Shown here: one piece after another, positions 21,904 to 34,823 of the stretch
How positions within the stretch are numbered: the first letter of the stretch is position 1
Layout of the letters: each line of letters starts with the position of its first letter
Source of the DNA: Nemertoderma westbladi
Taxonomy: Eukaryota > Animalia > Xenacoelomorpha
Direction of reading: 5' to 3'
Assembly: GCA_032718475.1 (NCBI GenBank)
Contig: JAUCBJ010001692.1
Coordinates: 8 to 64,007, forward strand
DNA length: 64,000 nucleotides
Position numbers and translations under genes: made by a program
The notes under the pieces: model-generated
What the model was told of the DNA's origin: nothing
The model's database searches: none
What the model saw: the letters and a program-made list of their open reading frames with translations, nothing else

Positions 21904-24900
21904 ATGTCTGATACTAAGCAGAACATGTCAGACAGTTTATTAGATGTAACTATCTGCGACTCAGATAAGGGTGTAGAACCGTCTACACCTAAGTTCACCT
22001 CCCACTGTGAGGAAGGTCATCCCTCCAGTAGTAATAACAGAACCGAGGCTGGTCCAACATCGTAGGTCTATCATAGGCACTCGAGCTCAGGTCAAGCGGG
22101 ACCAAGAAGCAGCGGAACAGCAACAACTTGCGAGCCAAGAACTTATTTCTCAGCGGCCCAACAGCTCCAGTAGTGAGGATACTGTAGAGCTGACACCCGA
22201 GCGCGGAGCAAGGATGACGGATGCGGTTTATTCGGATCCCCTTCTCATCCTTCCTGCAGCCGTACTCACTAGGTTATTGATCGCTGTAGAAGAACACCAG
22301 ATCGATTGGGCGAGAAGTAAGCGATCAACTAAAGATAGTTATGAGGGATACACAAGGGAAGAACTGAAGTCTATGGTCGAGTCGCAATGGAACTTCCCCG
22401 GACCCGGACTCCCGTTTGATTTATCAGAAGCTGCCTGGGAAGACATACACCGGATGGGAGTAGCCAAGGAAACCATCGATCCAGCTGTGTGGAAGAGGTC
22501 CGCAGCCGGATACGCACAGGGATTCTTCAGCTCTATGGAGCGAGTAAAAGAACAACTGTTTCAACAACCTCAAGGACCTCAAGAGCAGGGACAACTGCTT
22601 TATCAAGTTAGAGAAAGAATTCTGCAAATTAGGCTAATCTTATCGGCCTTCGAGGAGGCTTCTAAAAGAAGACAAGACACGTCGTTGCAAGTTGCCGTAA
22701 AGACTTGGTTTCAACGGGTGAGTCGCCAGGTTCAAGGAACAGCTCAGTGGAAAGCTCAGCTGGAGGAGCGCTCAACCCATGGAGAATCAACAGACGCTAC
22801 TTTTTCCCAAGTGGAAAGTGAAGCGACGGCAGAGAAACCGCATAAGAGGGATGCCATTGACATCTATCTGTCAGACTATCAACGTTTTTTAGGTGATGAA
22901 GAGTTGAGGAGAAGGTTAGAGGGGCTTAGCCCTAATAGTGAAGGAGCCCAGCGTGTGTTGGACGCAATCGATGTGGATAGGTTAGCTGCGAACCAAGCTA
23001 AATTCAATGAAAGCATCCGCATCGCTAAGGTTCAAGAAGAACAAGTAAAGAAAAAACGTATAGAAGATAGAAAGAAAGCGGCAGAGGCAGCGGCAGAGGC
23101 AAAAGCGGCAGCGGCAGAGGCAAAAGCGGCAGCTGCAGCAGTAGAAGCCGAAAGAAAGGCGGCCGAAGCGGAAAGAAAGGTGGCAGCTGCAGCAGTAGAA
23201 GCCGAAAGAAAGGCGGCCGAAGCGGAAAGAAAAATAGCAGTGGCAGAAGCAGAACGGAGGGCATCTGAAGAGACAACCCAACTAGAGTTGGAAAATCTTC
23301 AAGAGAGACAAGACAACTTTAATAAACAGTTAACAGCTAGTAATATGCAGATGATGAATCGATCTACTCCCAAAAGACAGGGATATACATCATCTGAGGA
23401 AGGCGATACCACCGATACTGAAGGCAAAGGAAATAGATCTCACTTAAGCAGACGTAAAAGAACATTCCAACGTCAGAAATTGCCTGATTTGCCTCCAGCT
23501 GTTAGAAGGCAACTAAATAACACCAACTTAGGTAGTACAGAACCCACAGACCAAATAATTACAATAGAGAGACTCCCTACTATAGTAGATGAGCCTGAAA
23601 TAGTTAGGCCTGTTCCCGAAGCCACCCTTTCGGTCGTAGAGACACCTTTACTCCCTGAACCTACCTCTCAATTCCCGTTGCACAGCACTAAGCTACCTGT
23701 GCCCAGCAGAACAGCCCATGAGACAGTTCATGCCCTGGACTCCGAGCGAAATATTCATGATTTGTCGCCCGTTGTCCCTCGTCCGCCCGCTACAACGTTG
23801 GCGGATCCCGTTTCGGCGGTTGATTGGGTGGACGAGAGACGGCGGGGGATGGACATTCTCCTCGAAAAGATGGAGGAGAATCGAGTACGCTCCTCCCAAC
23901 AGGTCCGAGAGTTAGAAGGGACTGTTCAACAGTTAAAGGGAACCGTAAAGGAAAGTAGGTTAGAGTTGCAAGAAGTACAGCAAAATATCGCGCTAGAACG
24001 TGATAAATTAGTAAATTTACAAAAGGGTATACCACCACCCCTTGTAACAATGTGTCAACCTGTTAGGTCTGAAGTATCTCATGCGCAAGGTGTGGAGCCT
24101 ACACGCATCTATACTGCTAGCGAAGTAGAAACTCCTATAGTGAACCCTATTAAGGGTAATTATAGACCTGTTGATAATGATATTCTCTATAGACCGGATC
24201 ATAATCCGAGAAATTTATATACCGATAACTCGATATTAAATAACACGATGGCCCAAGAAAGTTTTACGCGTCAAATGGCTAGAACCGAAGCCCGGCAAGC
24301 GGTAAAGGTGGGAGAGATCGTCAAGTTCAATGGAGATGAGATGAAATGGTTACCTTTTAATGAATATTACAAAGATAACATACAGAACTCTGTGCTATCT
24401 AATGGAGAGAAACTTAGATTCCTCATCGAGTGCTTGGAAGGATCTCCCAAGTTAATGGCGTTAAAGTTTATTGGACATCCTGACGGATTAAGACAAGTTT
24501 GGGATACACTAAAATCAGGTATGGTAATAGGAATAACATAGCTGGGTATTTGTATGCAAAGTTAGTAGCGCCCCGAAAGTTTATTAGCAGCGGGATTATA
24601 GAGTTTTCCGACGAGATTCAGGAGATCTGTAGACAATTAGATTGGCTAGGTAAGTCTCATGAGTATCAGAGTGCTATGGTTATTAGAGCAGTGGCTTCTA
24701 CTTTACCGAAGGGTGGAGTAGGTACACGCTGGGATAAGAAAGTGTTATATATGATGGAACAACAACGACGAGACCCTACCATGGCTGATCTCATGTCATT
24801 CCTAGATGGAGAAGTGAAATTACAGCTCCTGAAACTGTCCAGAGAGAAGACACCGGAAAACAAGGTAAGTGAAAAACCCGTCGCTAGGAGAAAGGTAACA

Positions 24901-27617
24901 CCAGTGTGTTATACAGATGATGGCGAAAGCCAGACTTCTCAAGGAGAAGATAGCGGGAAAGATACTGACAGATCTTATTACGTAAATAAAATGCCTAAAG
25001 ATCAGGTAAGTAAATTCAAGTCTCGAACAAATGACAGGAGAGAACAGGTAAGAAAAACTCCTACGTCTCCCAAGAGAATTCAGGTGAGAAAGCCCGAAGA
25101 AAAAGCAAGTGTACACAATGTTACTCAGAGTAAAGTAAGTAACATCAAACCGAAATGTGCGCTATGTGATGGGACCCATCGCTTAAATATGTGTGATGAA
25201 TTTCTAAAGAAATCATTAACTGAGAGACGTGAAGTCATGTGGGACAAGCGGTTGTGCTATAATTGCCTCAGACAAGGACACCAACGGCGAACCTGTTACT
25301 CTGACACAAGATGTGCCAAGTGCGGTGCGAAACATCATATCTTGTTGCACACTGAATTCGAGCGAAATAGTCCGAGTCAGGTAAGTGATTCCGAACTACA
25401 TGTCCAATTCAGTGATGTGAACGACACTGATCAATCTAAGATGGAAGGATTCTATACGGACGAGTTCTCCGACGAAAACGAATCCTGTTACATGATAAAT
25501 ACCACAGTGTATCGAGCACTCATTTATGAAAAAGATACAGACATTGACCTCGCTCTAACTACTTCTGATCGACAACCATCTTGGAAAGCGCCAACTTCCA
25601 ATGTAGGGATTAGAGAATTTCCTGTGGTACAGGTAAGGGTCCATGGACCAAAAAGGAGTTATGTAGTGAACGCCCTCCTTGACTCCGGTAGTACAGGAAC
25701 ATTCATCGACAAAGAGCTAGCCGAAGACATATTCGCTGGACAACCCAAGTTCCGAACTAAGCTAAACATGTCAGGAATTATGCAAGTTTGGAAATCCACA
25801 GTAACCGTGGATTATTATGTAGGTGCGTTGTCCGCCCCCCAGGACGAACTAGGAGAACATAGCATAAGGTCAGTGAAAATGGTGGCTATAAAGAACTTCG
25901 CTACTACTCAAGCAGACCTTTATAATTGGGGCGAGGATGAGAGCATCCAACATCTTAAGATACCTCGATTCCAGACAGATTATCCTGGAGTGCAAATACT
26001 CATCGGTCAAAATGCGCATGAAGCGCTCGAGACATTAGAGAAACGACCTGCTCAACCGCAACCTCTACAAGTTTATGCGGGAAGAACTAGAGTAGGTTGG
26101 TACTTTACTGGCCCTTCCCGTAGAACTCTCATGGAAAGATTACCGAAAGACCAGGTATATCAAGCACGAGAATGGGAAGTTGAGAACAGTGAGTTCGACG
26201 ATCCAACTGAGGGAACTCCATACTCCTCAGACAACGACGATATACATCAACTCTTCGATGAGGAGAATGCCATCGATCTCCTTAAGGAAAGCGAGACTTG
26301 GCAAAATCAAGTGAACTTATGTCAACTCCTTCTCCCATCCGAGCGAGACGACTATAACGACGAGCTTAATGACGTCATTGAACGTTATAATGCCAAGACT
26401 CGGGATGAACACGCCGTGAGATTCTTTACTCAAGAGGTCGTAGAGCCCAACTCCTACGATAAGGCCCTATCGGTGGAGGAAGAAAGAGCCAAGCAGATCC
26501 AAGCGACAACTACTCGTTTCTTAAAGATCAAGATAGGTATGAGATCGGACTTCCTTTCCGAAAGCGAGAACCAAAGTTTATTAACAACAGACCTTTGGCG
26601 GAGAAAAGAATTGCTCAACTACATCGACGCCTTACGGCAAATTCTTCAGCTAAAGAAATGTATAAAACACAGTTGAAGAAGTTTATTAGCAAGGGATATG
26701 CGGAGCTAGTACCGGAAGAAACCCCTATAACTGAGAGAACGTATTACTTAACTCACCATTACGTTCCCAAACCCGGTAAACCCCATGAAATACGAGTGGT
26801 GTTTGACGGTTCCGCCCTTTATATGGGCCAATCTCTTAATTCTGAATTGTTACCCGGACCCAACTTACTCCAATCCTTGTTGGGAATACTACTAAGATTA
26901 AGACAATACTCCATTGCTTTCGCCTCAGATATAGAAGGCATGTTCTTACAAGTCAAAGCGCTGGATAGGGATGGAGATAGCCTACGATTTTTGTGGTGGC
27001 CTGAAGGAGACCTCAATAAGAAACCGGTGGAGTACTGGATGACCATCCAAGCTTTTGGGATAATCTCGAGCCCTTCAAACGCCTGTTCCGTGGTACGCAC
27101 CACTGCGGATGACAACCGAGACACCTTCTCTAAAGAAGTGATCGACAATATCAAACGAGACATCTACATGGACGATAATCTGAAGTCCCTTCCATCAGTC
27201 GAAGAAGCCATTGAGGTCGCTAAAGGAACGGTAGAGTGCTTAAAAAGAGGTGGATTTCGATTAACTAAATTCACCAGCAACTCCCGTGAGTTTCTGGAGT
27301 CGATCCTGGTAGAAGATCGAGGAGTAAAAGACCTAGATCTAATAAAGGATGATCTCCCAGAAACTAAGACCCTTGGTTTGAAATGGGACACAGAAAGAGA
27401 CATCCTGTTTTTCCAATTAAAACAGCGAGATAATCCAGTTCGGACTAAACGGATTTGTTTAAGTATCCTGAGCACTTATTTCGATCCATTGGGATTTATT
27501 AGCCCAGTTATATTGATTGCTCGGAGTTTAGTACAACAAATGTGGCTTGAAAACCACTCATGGGACGATCCACTTAAGGGAGAATTATTAAAGAAATGGA
27601 TGAAATGGGAAGATTCT
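21904..27617 (+). pseudogene. gag-pol: Element A gag-PR-RT polyprotein, frameshifted and truncated before RNase H and integrase
   Basis: KFNGDEMKWLPF (DUF1759-like), triple Cys motif CALC..H..C/CYNC..H..C/CAKC..HH..LH, ALLDSGS, YMDD. Frameshifts near 22000, 24510 and 26520; homology to B pol stops at KWEDSL. Confidence 0.9.
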
Positions 27618-29948
27618 CTGTTATTGTGATGTGTTATCTCTCTGATGTGTTATTCGAGGAGGAAAGAATACAACGATATGGAGATGTGGAAACATATACC
27701 ACACAATATTTAAAGTATAAAGACCTGCCTAATGCTAGCGAATGTGCTACCTTGTGGCATCCTGTGGGAATGACAATCGAAAACGCCACTAAAGAGTGGA
27801 ACGAAACTCTTAACGTTATCGAGATGTATGGAGTTGTCACTTACGATAACGAAGGTAGCGTTCCGGTTGGAGAACTTGGAACTACGCGGATGATACACAT
27901 ACGAGGACTCGCTGGTTCTACCCACGTATTTACTCGAGCATGTTCCGACGTTATTGATTATTCTTTTGAAACTCTTACTGAGACACAAAAGAAACTCCGA
28001 CATGGACAATTTGAACTCGCGCAGCGTTACGTCACCGACACCGAGCGCAAGCCGGCCATGGGTATCGATGGATCGATGTTACCCCAACCCGTGCTCGAGA
28101 TGCTGTTTAACGAAGGAATCCTTAAAATCGGCTCAGCTGTTTATGGAGACCTACAGAACGACTTTCGGAATATGGAGAACATTCCATACCCCTTCGTTGA
28201 TACTCAGCTGATTGCTCCTTGGGCAGAAGGCCGAGGTTTCTTCCGCACTATGTATGCCAATACACCCAGCGGAATTACCAAAGTACAACGAACCTCCATC
28301 GGACATCTTGCCTTTCAAGAATACGGATGGAATTTCAAGGTTGGAAATCCTATAAATTACCAACAAGTATACGGAGATCATTATTCTTGTTTATACTTTG
28401 ATGGACCATTGACCGCACCTGGAGCCGTGTATAGCTTTATGAGTGTTCCACTTCGTCCCTCCTTAGCTATATACACGATCTTTGAAAACGCAGCACTTGC
28501 CGGTTGGCTAGCCGATGTGTGCAGTCGTACCATACGCGCCCATCCCTTAATACTTGGAACCAAACTCGCCAAGTTAGATGAACACAATAAATTCATCCGC
28601 TTTGAATGTTTCAGGCGCTTTCTGACTCCGTTCCGTAACGTTGATAGTCAGTTCAAGGACCGCGCTCTGACCAAACTCAGCCTGAGAGACTCAGCGGCGG
28701 AGAAGCTAAACAGCGCGGGATTTGCCCTTTTTCAGGACGTTTGTATACAGAACTTGCACTCATCTGTTATACAAAGACCCCGAATACCCACGGGTTATTC
28801 TGTCGTCGAAGTTCAGACAGTGGGTCCACTTGCGGAGACAGCCGCACCTACCTCAGCTATGCAATTGGAAGACGAACCAATATGCTTAGAAGCTGAAGCG
28901 ATTCAGCCTACAGCGCCCCGGAGCAGCGATAATGACTACATCTTAAGAGTGGTATCAAGGTCCACAATATCTCACCACATACGATTATCGACACGCTAAC
29001 TATGTTTCTCGAAAACGTTGTCGATTATGCGCATCGAGAGACCATTTCACCCCTATGGACTCAGACGTACCCTGCTCCTATTTCCACGAACAACCAATGA
29101 TGGAGATATATTGTGCGTATTGCAGACTTAATAACTCTCATATTTTTGCAGTCTGCCCCCAATTTATGACTCAATGCCACCACTGTCAACTTAAAGGACA
29201 TGCCAGTTATAATTGCCCCTTTAATCACGATTTAGAGAGCGTAGACGAAATGATTACCCTGCGATACATTCGAGCTTGGGAAGCGAACGCGGATTTACAT
29301 TGTGAGTCCCGTCATCGATACTACCCTGGACGCTCTTACGAGGGAGTTTACGCATTCCATCCTTATTTATTAGCGTCTGTGGAACAAAAAACACGCATAC
29401 CGAGTTACGAGCTAATGAAGCGTGTTGGTGAGTGTATTTCCACTAAATTTGTTAGAAGATACCTTAGGAACGTCAATCCTAACGATATTACTTCATACCA
29501 TTTGATCAATTATATCCGTCAAGACCCTGAGTATGGCGATTTATTTATCAACTCGCACCCTGAGTTAAAGGAAGTATCTCGACGGCCCTACGAATATCGA
29601 GCCCGAGAACGCGAGCTGGAAAGAACTATTAAACCAAGGAAGTTTCTCACCACCCCTGGTCCGCCTACCGCCATTACCCAGACAACCCGTCAAGGACCCG
29701 TAGGAGCTGCTGTCCTGAGGCGCGCCCTAAAGGCTGTTAGACCTCGCTCCACGGAAGTTGATATCGATCAACCAGGTACCTCGACCGGCGGATACACCGA
29801 TCGCAATCCGAAACCTTCTGATGCAATTGTATTGCACCCTTCACCCAGGAGTTACAGCCCTCCTAGTAAAGTGGCTCGCCCCAAAGAGAAAAGGACTCTT
29901 ACTAGCCTCAAAAAACTGCGTAAACGCCGTCCGCGTAAGAAAGACTAA
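27618..29948 (+). pseudogene. Element A accessory ORF3 (5'-deleted, one frameshift near 28940): DEDDy 3'-5' exonuclease, 3 CCHC knuckles, basic tail
   Basis: ExoI VVTYDNEG, ExoII LPQPVLEMLFNEGILKIGSAVYGD, FVDTQ, ExoIII-like PLTAPGAVYSFMS; CRLCx4Hx9C, CAYCx5Hx4C, CHHCx4Hx4C; KKLRKRRPRKKD. Confidence 0.75.
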
Positions 29949-31584
29949 CTGTTTAGAGTATTTTTATATTTTAGAAACTGTGATTTGTTATATTTTATAG
30001 ACTTAAATCCCATTTTCTGGGAGCGGTGTAAAAGCTTTTGCGTCATTAACCGGTTATTTTCCCTTAAAGTACTCTGTAGTTGGTTTACCAGGCATAAAAA
30101 GGCTGTGTCCTTGCTGTACTGGTGTTTTAGAGGACATAAAAGTCATTTCTTCTGTATTTGTACTTTAGAGGACATAATCCGCAATCTCGTGACGCGATAA
30201 GCTAGATACTCTTGAAAACAGTGTCGCTACCATGACGACGGCTAACAGCTGATATTGCCACGTCGACATTTCTTTGTTTCTTTGTTCTCTCGTGGTTCGG
30301 TTGACCAATCAGAGCGTTTTTGTCTCTGTGTTGGAGGTATATACAGAACTCAGTAGTTCAGTGTTATGTTTTTTGCCCAGAGCCTAAGAACATCGGCTTT
30401 TGGCACCTCCGTATATCAGCATTCTTTAGCTTTACATTAGTAGGCTTAATTATAGAACGTATATCTGTTATCATACAAATCAAACTACTTACAAACCAAT
30501 TCAATGCTGTTCAGTGTTTTTGTTTATATCTTACTAATATTACTGCTTTTGCTGTCGGTTGTTCATTATATTGGTTGATGAAATATTATATCGGAATACT
30601 GATCAATAGTCAGACACCCCACCTTCTTGATATACTAAAGGTTAGAGAGACCGGTTACAGATAAACGATTGCGACCTATGTTGAGTGGTTTGAAGTGAAT
30701 CTAATGCTATTTCATATGCCCAACATAAATTGTCTGTTGCTCTCTTTATACGTGACCAAATTTAGTGAAGGTCGGCAGATTAGTGTGCAGTATTGTGCAG
30801 CATTGTGTATGATTGTAACTGATAACAAAGCATCTCCTAAAGAATGCGCCATATACGTAAATCTATAGCCTTTTCGTTGTGTCTAGTTTAAGTCATAACT
30901 CTGTTTACATATTTAGAGCGCCACGTCCTAAAGGAACTGTTAATATTTCCCGAAAGTGAATAATATTTGTCAGAGATTATATTACGATCAGTCGAATAAT
31001 ACGGTAGGCTTACACCATCAATCATTAAGCTCCGAACTCAGTCTCCCGGGTATATCCAACGGGTGAATGATTGCGCATAGACTGGCTTCGGCTAATGTAG
31101 TGTATCAAATACTCGTCATAAGCTAAAGAATATATATCATCCAAAAGACATCCTAATTTGGCAGGTTAAACTGTCAAAGGTCTTAAAAGCGCAAACAGTA
31201 TGCACTGTCCAACACAAAATGAAAATCGCTCTGATTGGTTGAGCCGAACAAAGAAAGCCAAAAGCTACACGTCGACATCTCAGCTGATAGATGTCGTCAT
31301 CTGAAATACACTGTATTAAGAGTATTCTGGTGCATTGCGGCATAAAATTGCTAGTTATGTCCGCTAAAGTACACATACAGAAGAAATGGCTTTTTATGTC
31401 CACTAAAACACCTGTACAGTAAGGAAACGGCTTTTTATGTCCGCTAAAACACCTACAGAGTACTTTGCGGGGAAAATAACCAGCTAATTCCGCAAAAGCC
31501 TTTACACCGCTCCCAGAAAATGGGATTTAATTCTATAAAATATAAAAAATCACAGTTTCTAAAATATAAAAATACTCTAAACAG

Positions 31585-33090
31585 TTAGTCTTTCTTGCGC
31601 GGACGGCGTTTACGCAGTTTTTTGAGGCTAGCAAGAGTCCTTTTCTCTTTGGGGCGAGCCACTTTACTAGGAGGGCTATAACTCCTGGGTGAAGGGTGCA
31701 ATACAATTGCATCGGAAGGTTTAGGATTACGGTCGGTGTATCCGCCGGTCGAGGTACCTGGTTGATCGATATCAACCTCAGTGGAACGAGGTCGAACAAC
31801 CTTGAGAGCGCATTTTAAGACAGCAGCTCTTACTGGTGCCTTACGGGTCATTTGCACGAGAGCGGTAGGTGGACCGTGTGTAGTGAGAAATTCCCTCGGT
31901 TTGATGATTCTTTCCAACTCACGTTCTCGGGCTCTATCGGGATCGATATGCTTCTCCTCGAGCTGATTTTCCTCCGCTTGTCGTTGAAAGCATTCGTCCA
32001 AAACTCTTGCAGAAAGTAGAGTCGTCCAAGTTCGAAATCTTCTTAGAGATTCTGGATTTCCTGATCGAACTGAGATAAAGCTAATTCGTTTACCGCTTGG
32101 ACTTGTTGTTGCAATCTCTGAACAATCGTAGGTTCCTTTTCCGATCTTTTTGCCGAATAATGTCTAACGCGTTTCGTTCAACTCTCTCCTCCACCTCGGT
32201 GACAGGTTGTTTCGTGTTAAACGGGGACGATTATACGGTTGAATGGCGATATTAGGTGTCCGCGTCCCAATCCGGCTAGGTAAGATGGGCGAATATTTAG
32301 GGAGCCCACAACCGGAGTGCCACCGACTAACCGTTCGGGTAACACTAGATCTTTGAACAGTGAGTACAGTTCGGGAGGATCCGTGATACTATTAGGATCA
32401 AGAGTCTGAGGTCTTAACTAGGGAATGAGGAGGTCTGACCGAGTATTCCGGAACTCTGATCATAGGTTTATTTAAGGATCGTTTGAATCGAGCGAGCGTA
32501 GGTGATACATCGAACAAGTTTCGCTCGAAACTCCCAGAAATATAGCGAGTAAAACCGTGTTTAAAGCAACGTCTCCGTGGATGTTTATGTCTTTCCGTTT
32601 GTTGGTTGGGTCTTGGGCATTCATCGCAATAATACCAAAGACGCACGTCTTGTAGGGGAAACGCGGGTGATATTTATTCGGTTTTACAATGTTTCTCTCA
32701 AGAATTCCAAATATACGTTGGAGTTACCGCGTTTATCCGGTTCTTTAACGTCTTCTCTTTCGAGTCGATTTCGAATAGAATTTTCGCATTCGATTTTCAG
32801 TTTATCATTCCGACTCCGCTGGGTAGGATATTTAAATAGTACCATTTCCCTTTCGGTGTCGACATAGTCCGTATCGTGTAAATCGATAGGATGGCCAGTA
32901 GTTAAGAAGTCCATATACGTACCATTACGATGCGTATAGCGAGCGGTGAATTTTCTATAGTACAATTCAGGCGTAAGTTGCTTCTGGGACATCGGCGGTT
33001 CGATATAACGACCATCGTCCTCCGTAGTAGTTGGACTAGCGTCGCCGCGTATCAAGCTATCCACAAACGCTTGCAACGGTAGAGTACCCT
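31585..33090 (-). pseudogene. Element B accessory ORF3 remnants (N-terminal part fused by deletion to the C-terminal tail)
   Basis: 31585-31935 closely matches the A ORF3 C-terminus (RARERELER..RPRKKD). The upstream broken ORFs at 32000-33076 have no counterpart in A. Confidence 0.7.
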
Positions 33091-34823
33091 GATACCAAGA
33101 TCATCTTCTATCAACTCAGTCATATCTGCTATATGAGTTTATCAATATTATAATTAGTTATAATTAGGCTAGCGGGCGTCGCTGCCTACCCCTCACGGCC
33201 CCCGGACAGTGTAAGATCCTCAGCGCTGATGTACTGTCGCCGCTGTGCCTATCGCCAACATAGTAGCTGCACAACGACAACAACGACCAGCGCGAGTCAT
33301 CCACTGTCCGTCCCAAAGGCTTAGATTTACTTCAGGTTCTTACTGCAGAGTTAGGGCTACTTTAACAATTGCGACTCGCTACTGTAAACACACTTTAGTA
33401 GTAACATTCACCTATAAACGCACAAATTCCACACAACTGTCACAAACCGCACACATTCGGGCCATTTGTCCGTTAGTCAAGTGCCTTCCAGAATGCCACG
33501 TTATTATTGGGTATCCTTGGATACTAGCAGTGTGCTATTATTCCTTATGCTATTCAATGGGCAAGCTTTATTGTTCTTTTAACTCACTTCTAATTCTAGC
33601 GTGGTTGTTGCCATGGTGACATTATGGAAAGCTAGCCGTAGAATTAGGGTAATTCTCATGCATACAGATCTGGGATGCTATTTAATAGTAATTCTTTAAT
33701 TGTCAATATTCCTCTTTATACATGATTTTATGAATTTTATCGGCTATTGACTATATATTGGAGATTCTCGCACACTAATACACTTAATAGGGTGAATCTC
33801 CGCTCCCATGATCTATTAATTAATGGAATTTTGGGAATGTTACAAATTGTATAAAAATGACAATTTATCAAATTCATTAAAAGATATGAATTTAAATTTA
33901 TTCCCGTAAATTTTATTATTTAATATTAAATAGACACAATTTTATTCCAGAGCATGTCTGGGGACTAGGATCCTGAATTCTAGGAAATTTGTCCTTTTAA
34001 GAGTATCGGTAGGTGCTACGATATCTTAATAGACTAGAATTTTAAAGGATCTAAAATTTTATAGATTTTAATTTATAGAATTTCTAGAGTTAACTTGTAA
34101 GTAGTTACTCTATTGTATCTATTTGACAGATTTTATAAATATTAATAGTTAATATTTAAGATGGGCACCGGTTTATTCCAGAACTTGTCTGGGGACGTTA
34201 ACCACTGATTCTAGAATTTTGTCTTTCAAGTATATCGGTGGGTGCCGTGATATCTTAATCGACTAGAATTACAGATGGTCAAAGGGTTTAACAGATTTAT
34301 TTTGCGTTTTACGCTACTGTTAAAGGGACATCACGCTACTATATGTATTATTTAATATACGGTATGAGAGCAATATCGCAAGAAGCAATGTCAGTGAGAA
34401 GAGGCAAGTCGTTTCCAAGGTCTACCCAGAGCTTGGTTTAGCCGAGACACGAGGATCTGAATTTTGCATTCCTAATACTCTACTTACCAATAATACTTGA
34501 ATATAGTAGGAGCTTTATTGTACTTTAATAAGTACGGACATTTCATCTTACTATAGTCACGTATTTATAATATGATACGGACAGTAAGGAAAGAGAAAAA
34601 TAATTATTTCTCGCCGTCGCACTAAATATATAATATATAAGTAATTAAGTAATAAACACTAATATATATTGCACTAATCTACTAAATAATCGCTAAAATA
34701 ACATTCTACTAAATAAAATTAAAGAAAACGATTAGAATAAAATTACATAATAATACATACATAAATATAAAATAATAAGAACAAATATAAAATAATATAG
34801 TCACACACCCACTCCAGACGCTG

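Larger units (their letters stand above)
18544..31197 (+). mobile_element. BEL/Pao LTR retrotransposon A (internally deleted, very young)
   Basis: 1171-bp LTRs 18544-19714 and 30027-31197, about 2 differences seen by eye; TSD GTATG (18539-18543, 31198-31202); purine tract GGGAGCGG at 30019-30026. Confidence 0.95.

Noticed and set aside
22982-23281. Cys/Phe- and Leu/Pro-rich antisense ORFs (also 41586-41918, 2720-3178)
   Set aside because: Shadow frames of sense-strand coding repeats.
27596-29948. ORF3 as an env gene
   Set aside because: No signal peptide, transmembrane anchor or fusion-protein pattern in the retained parts; the motifs are nuclease and zinc knuckle.
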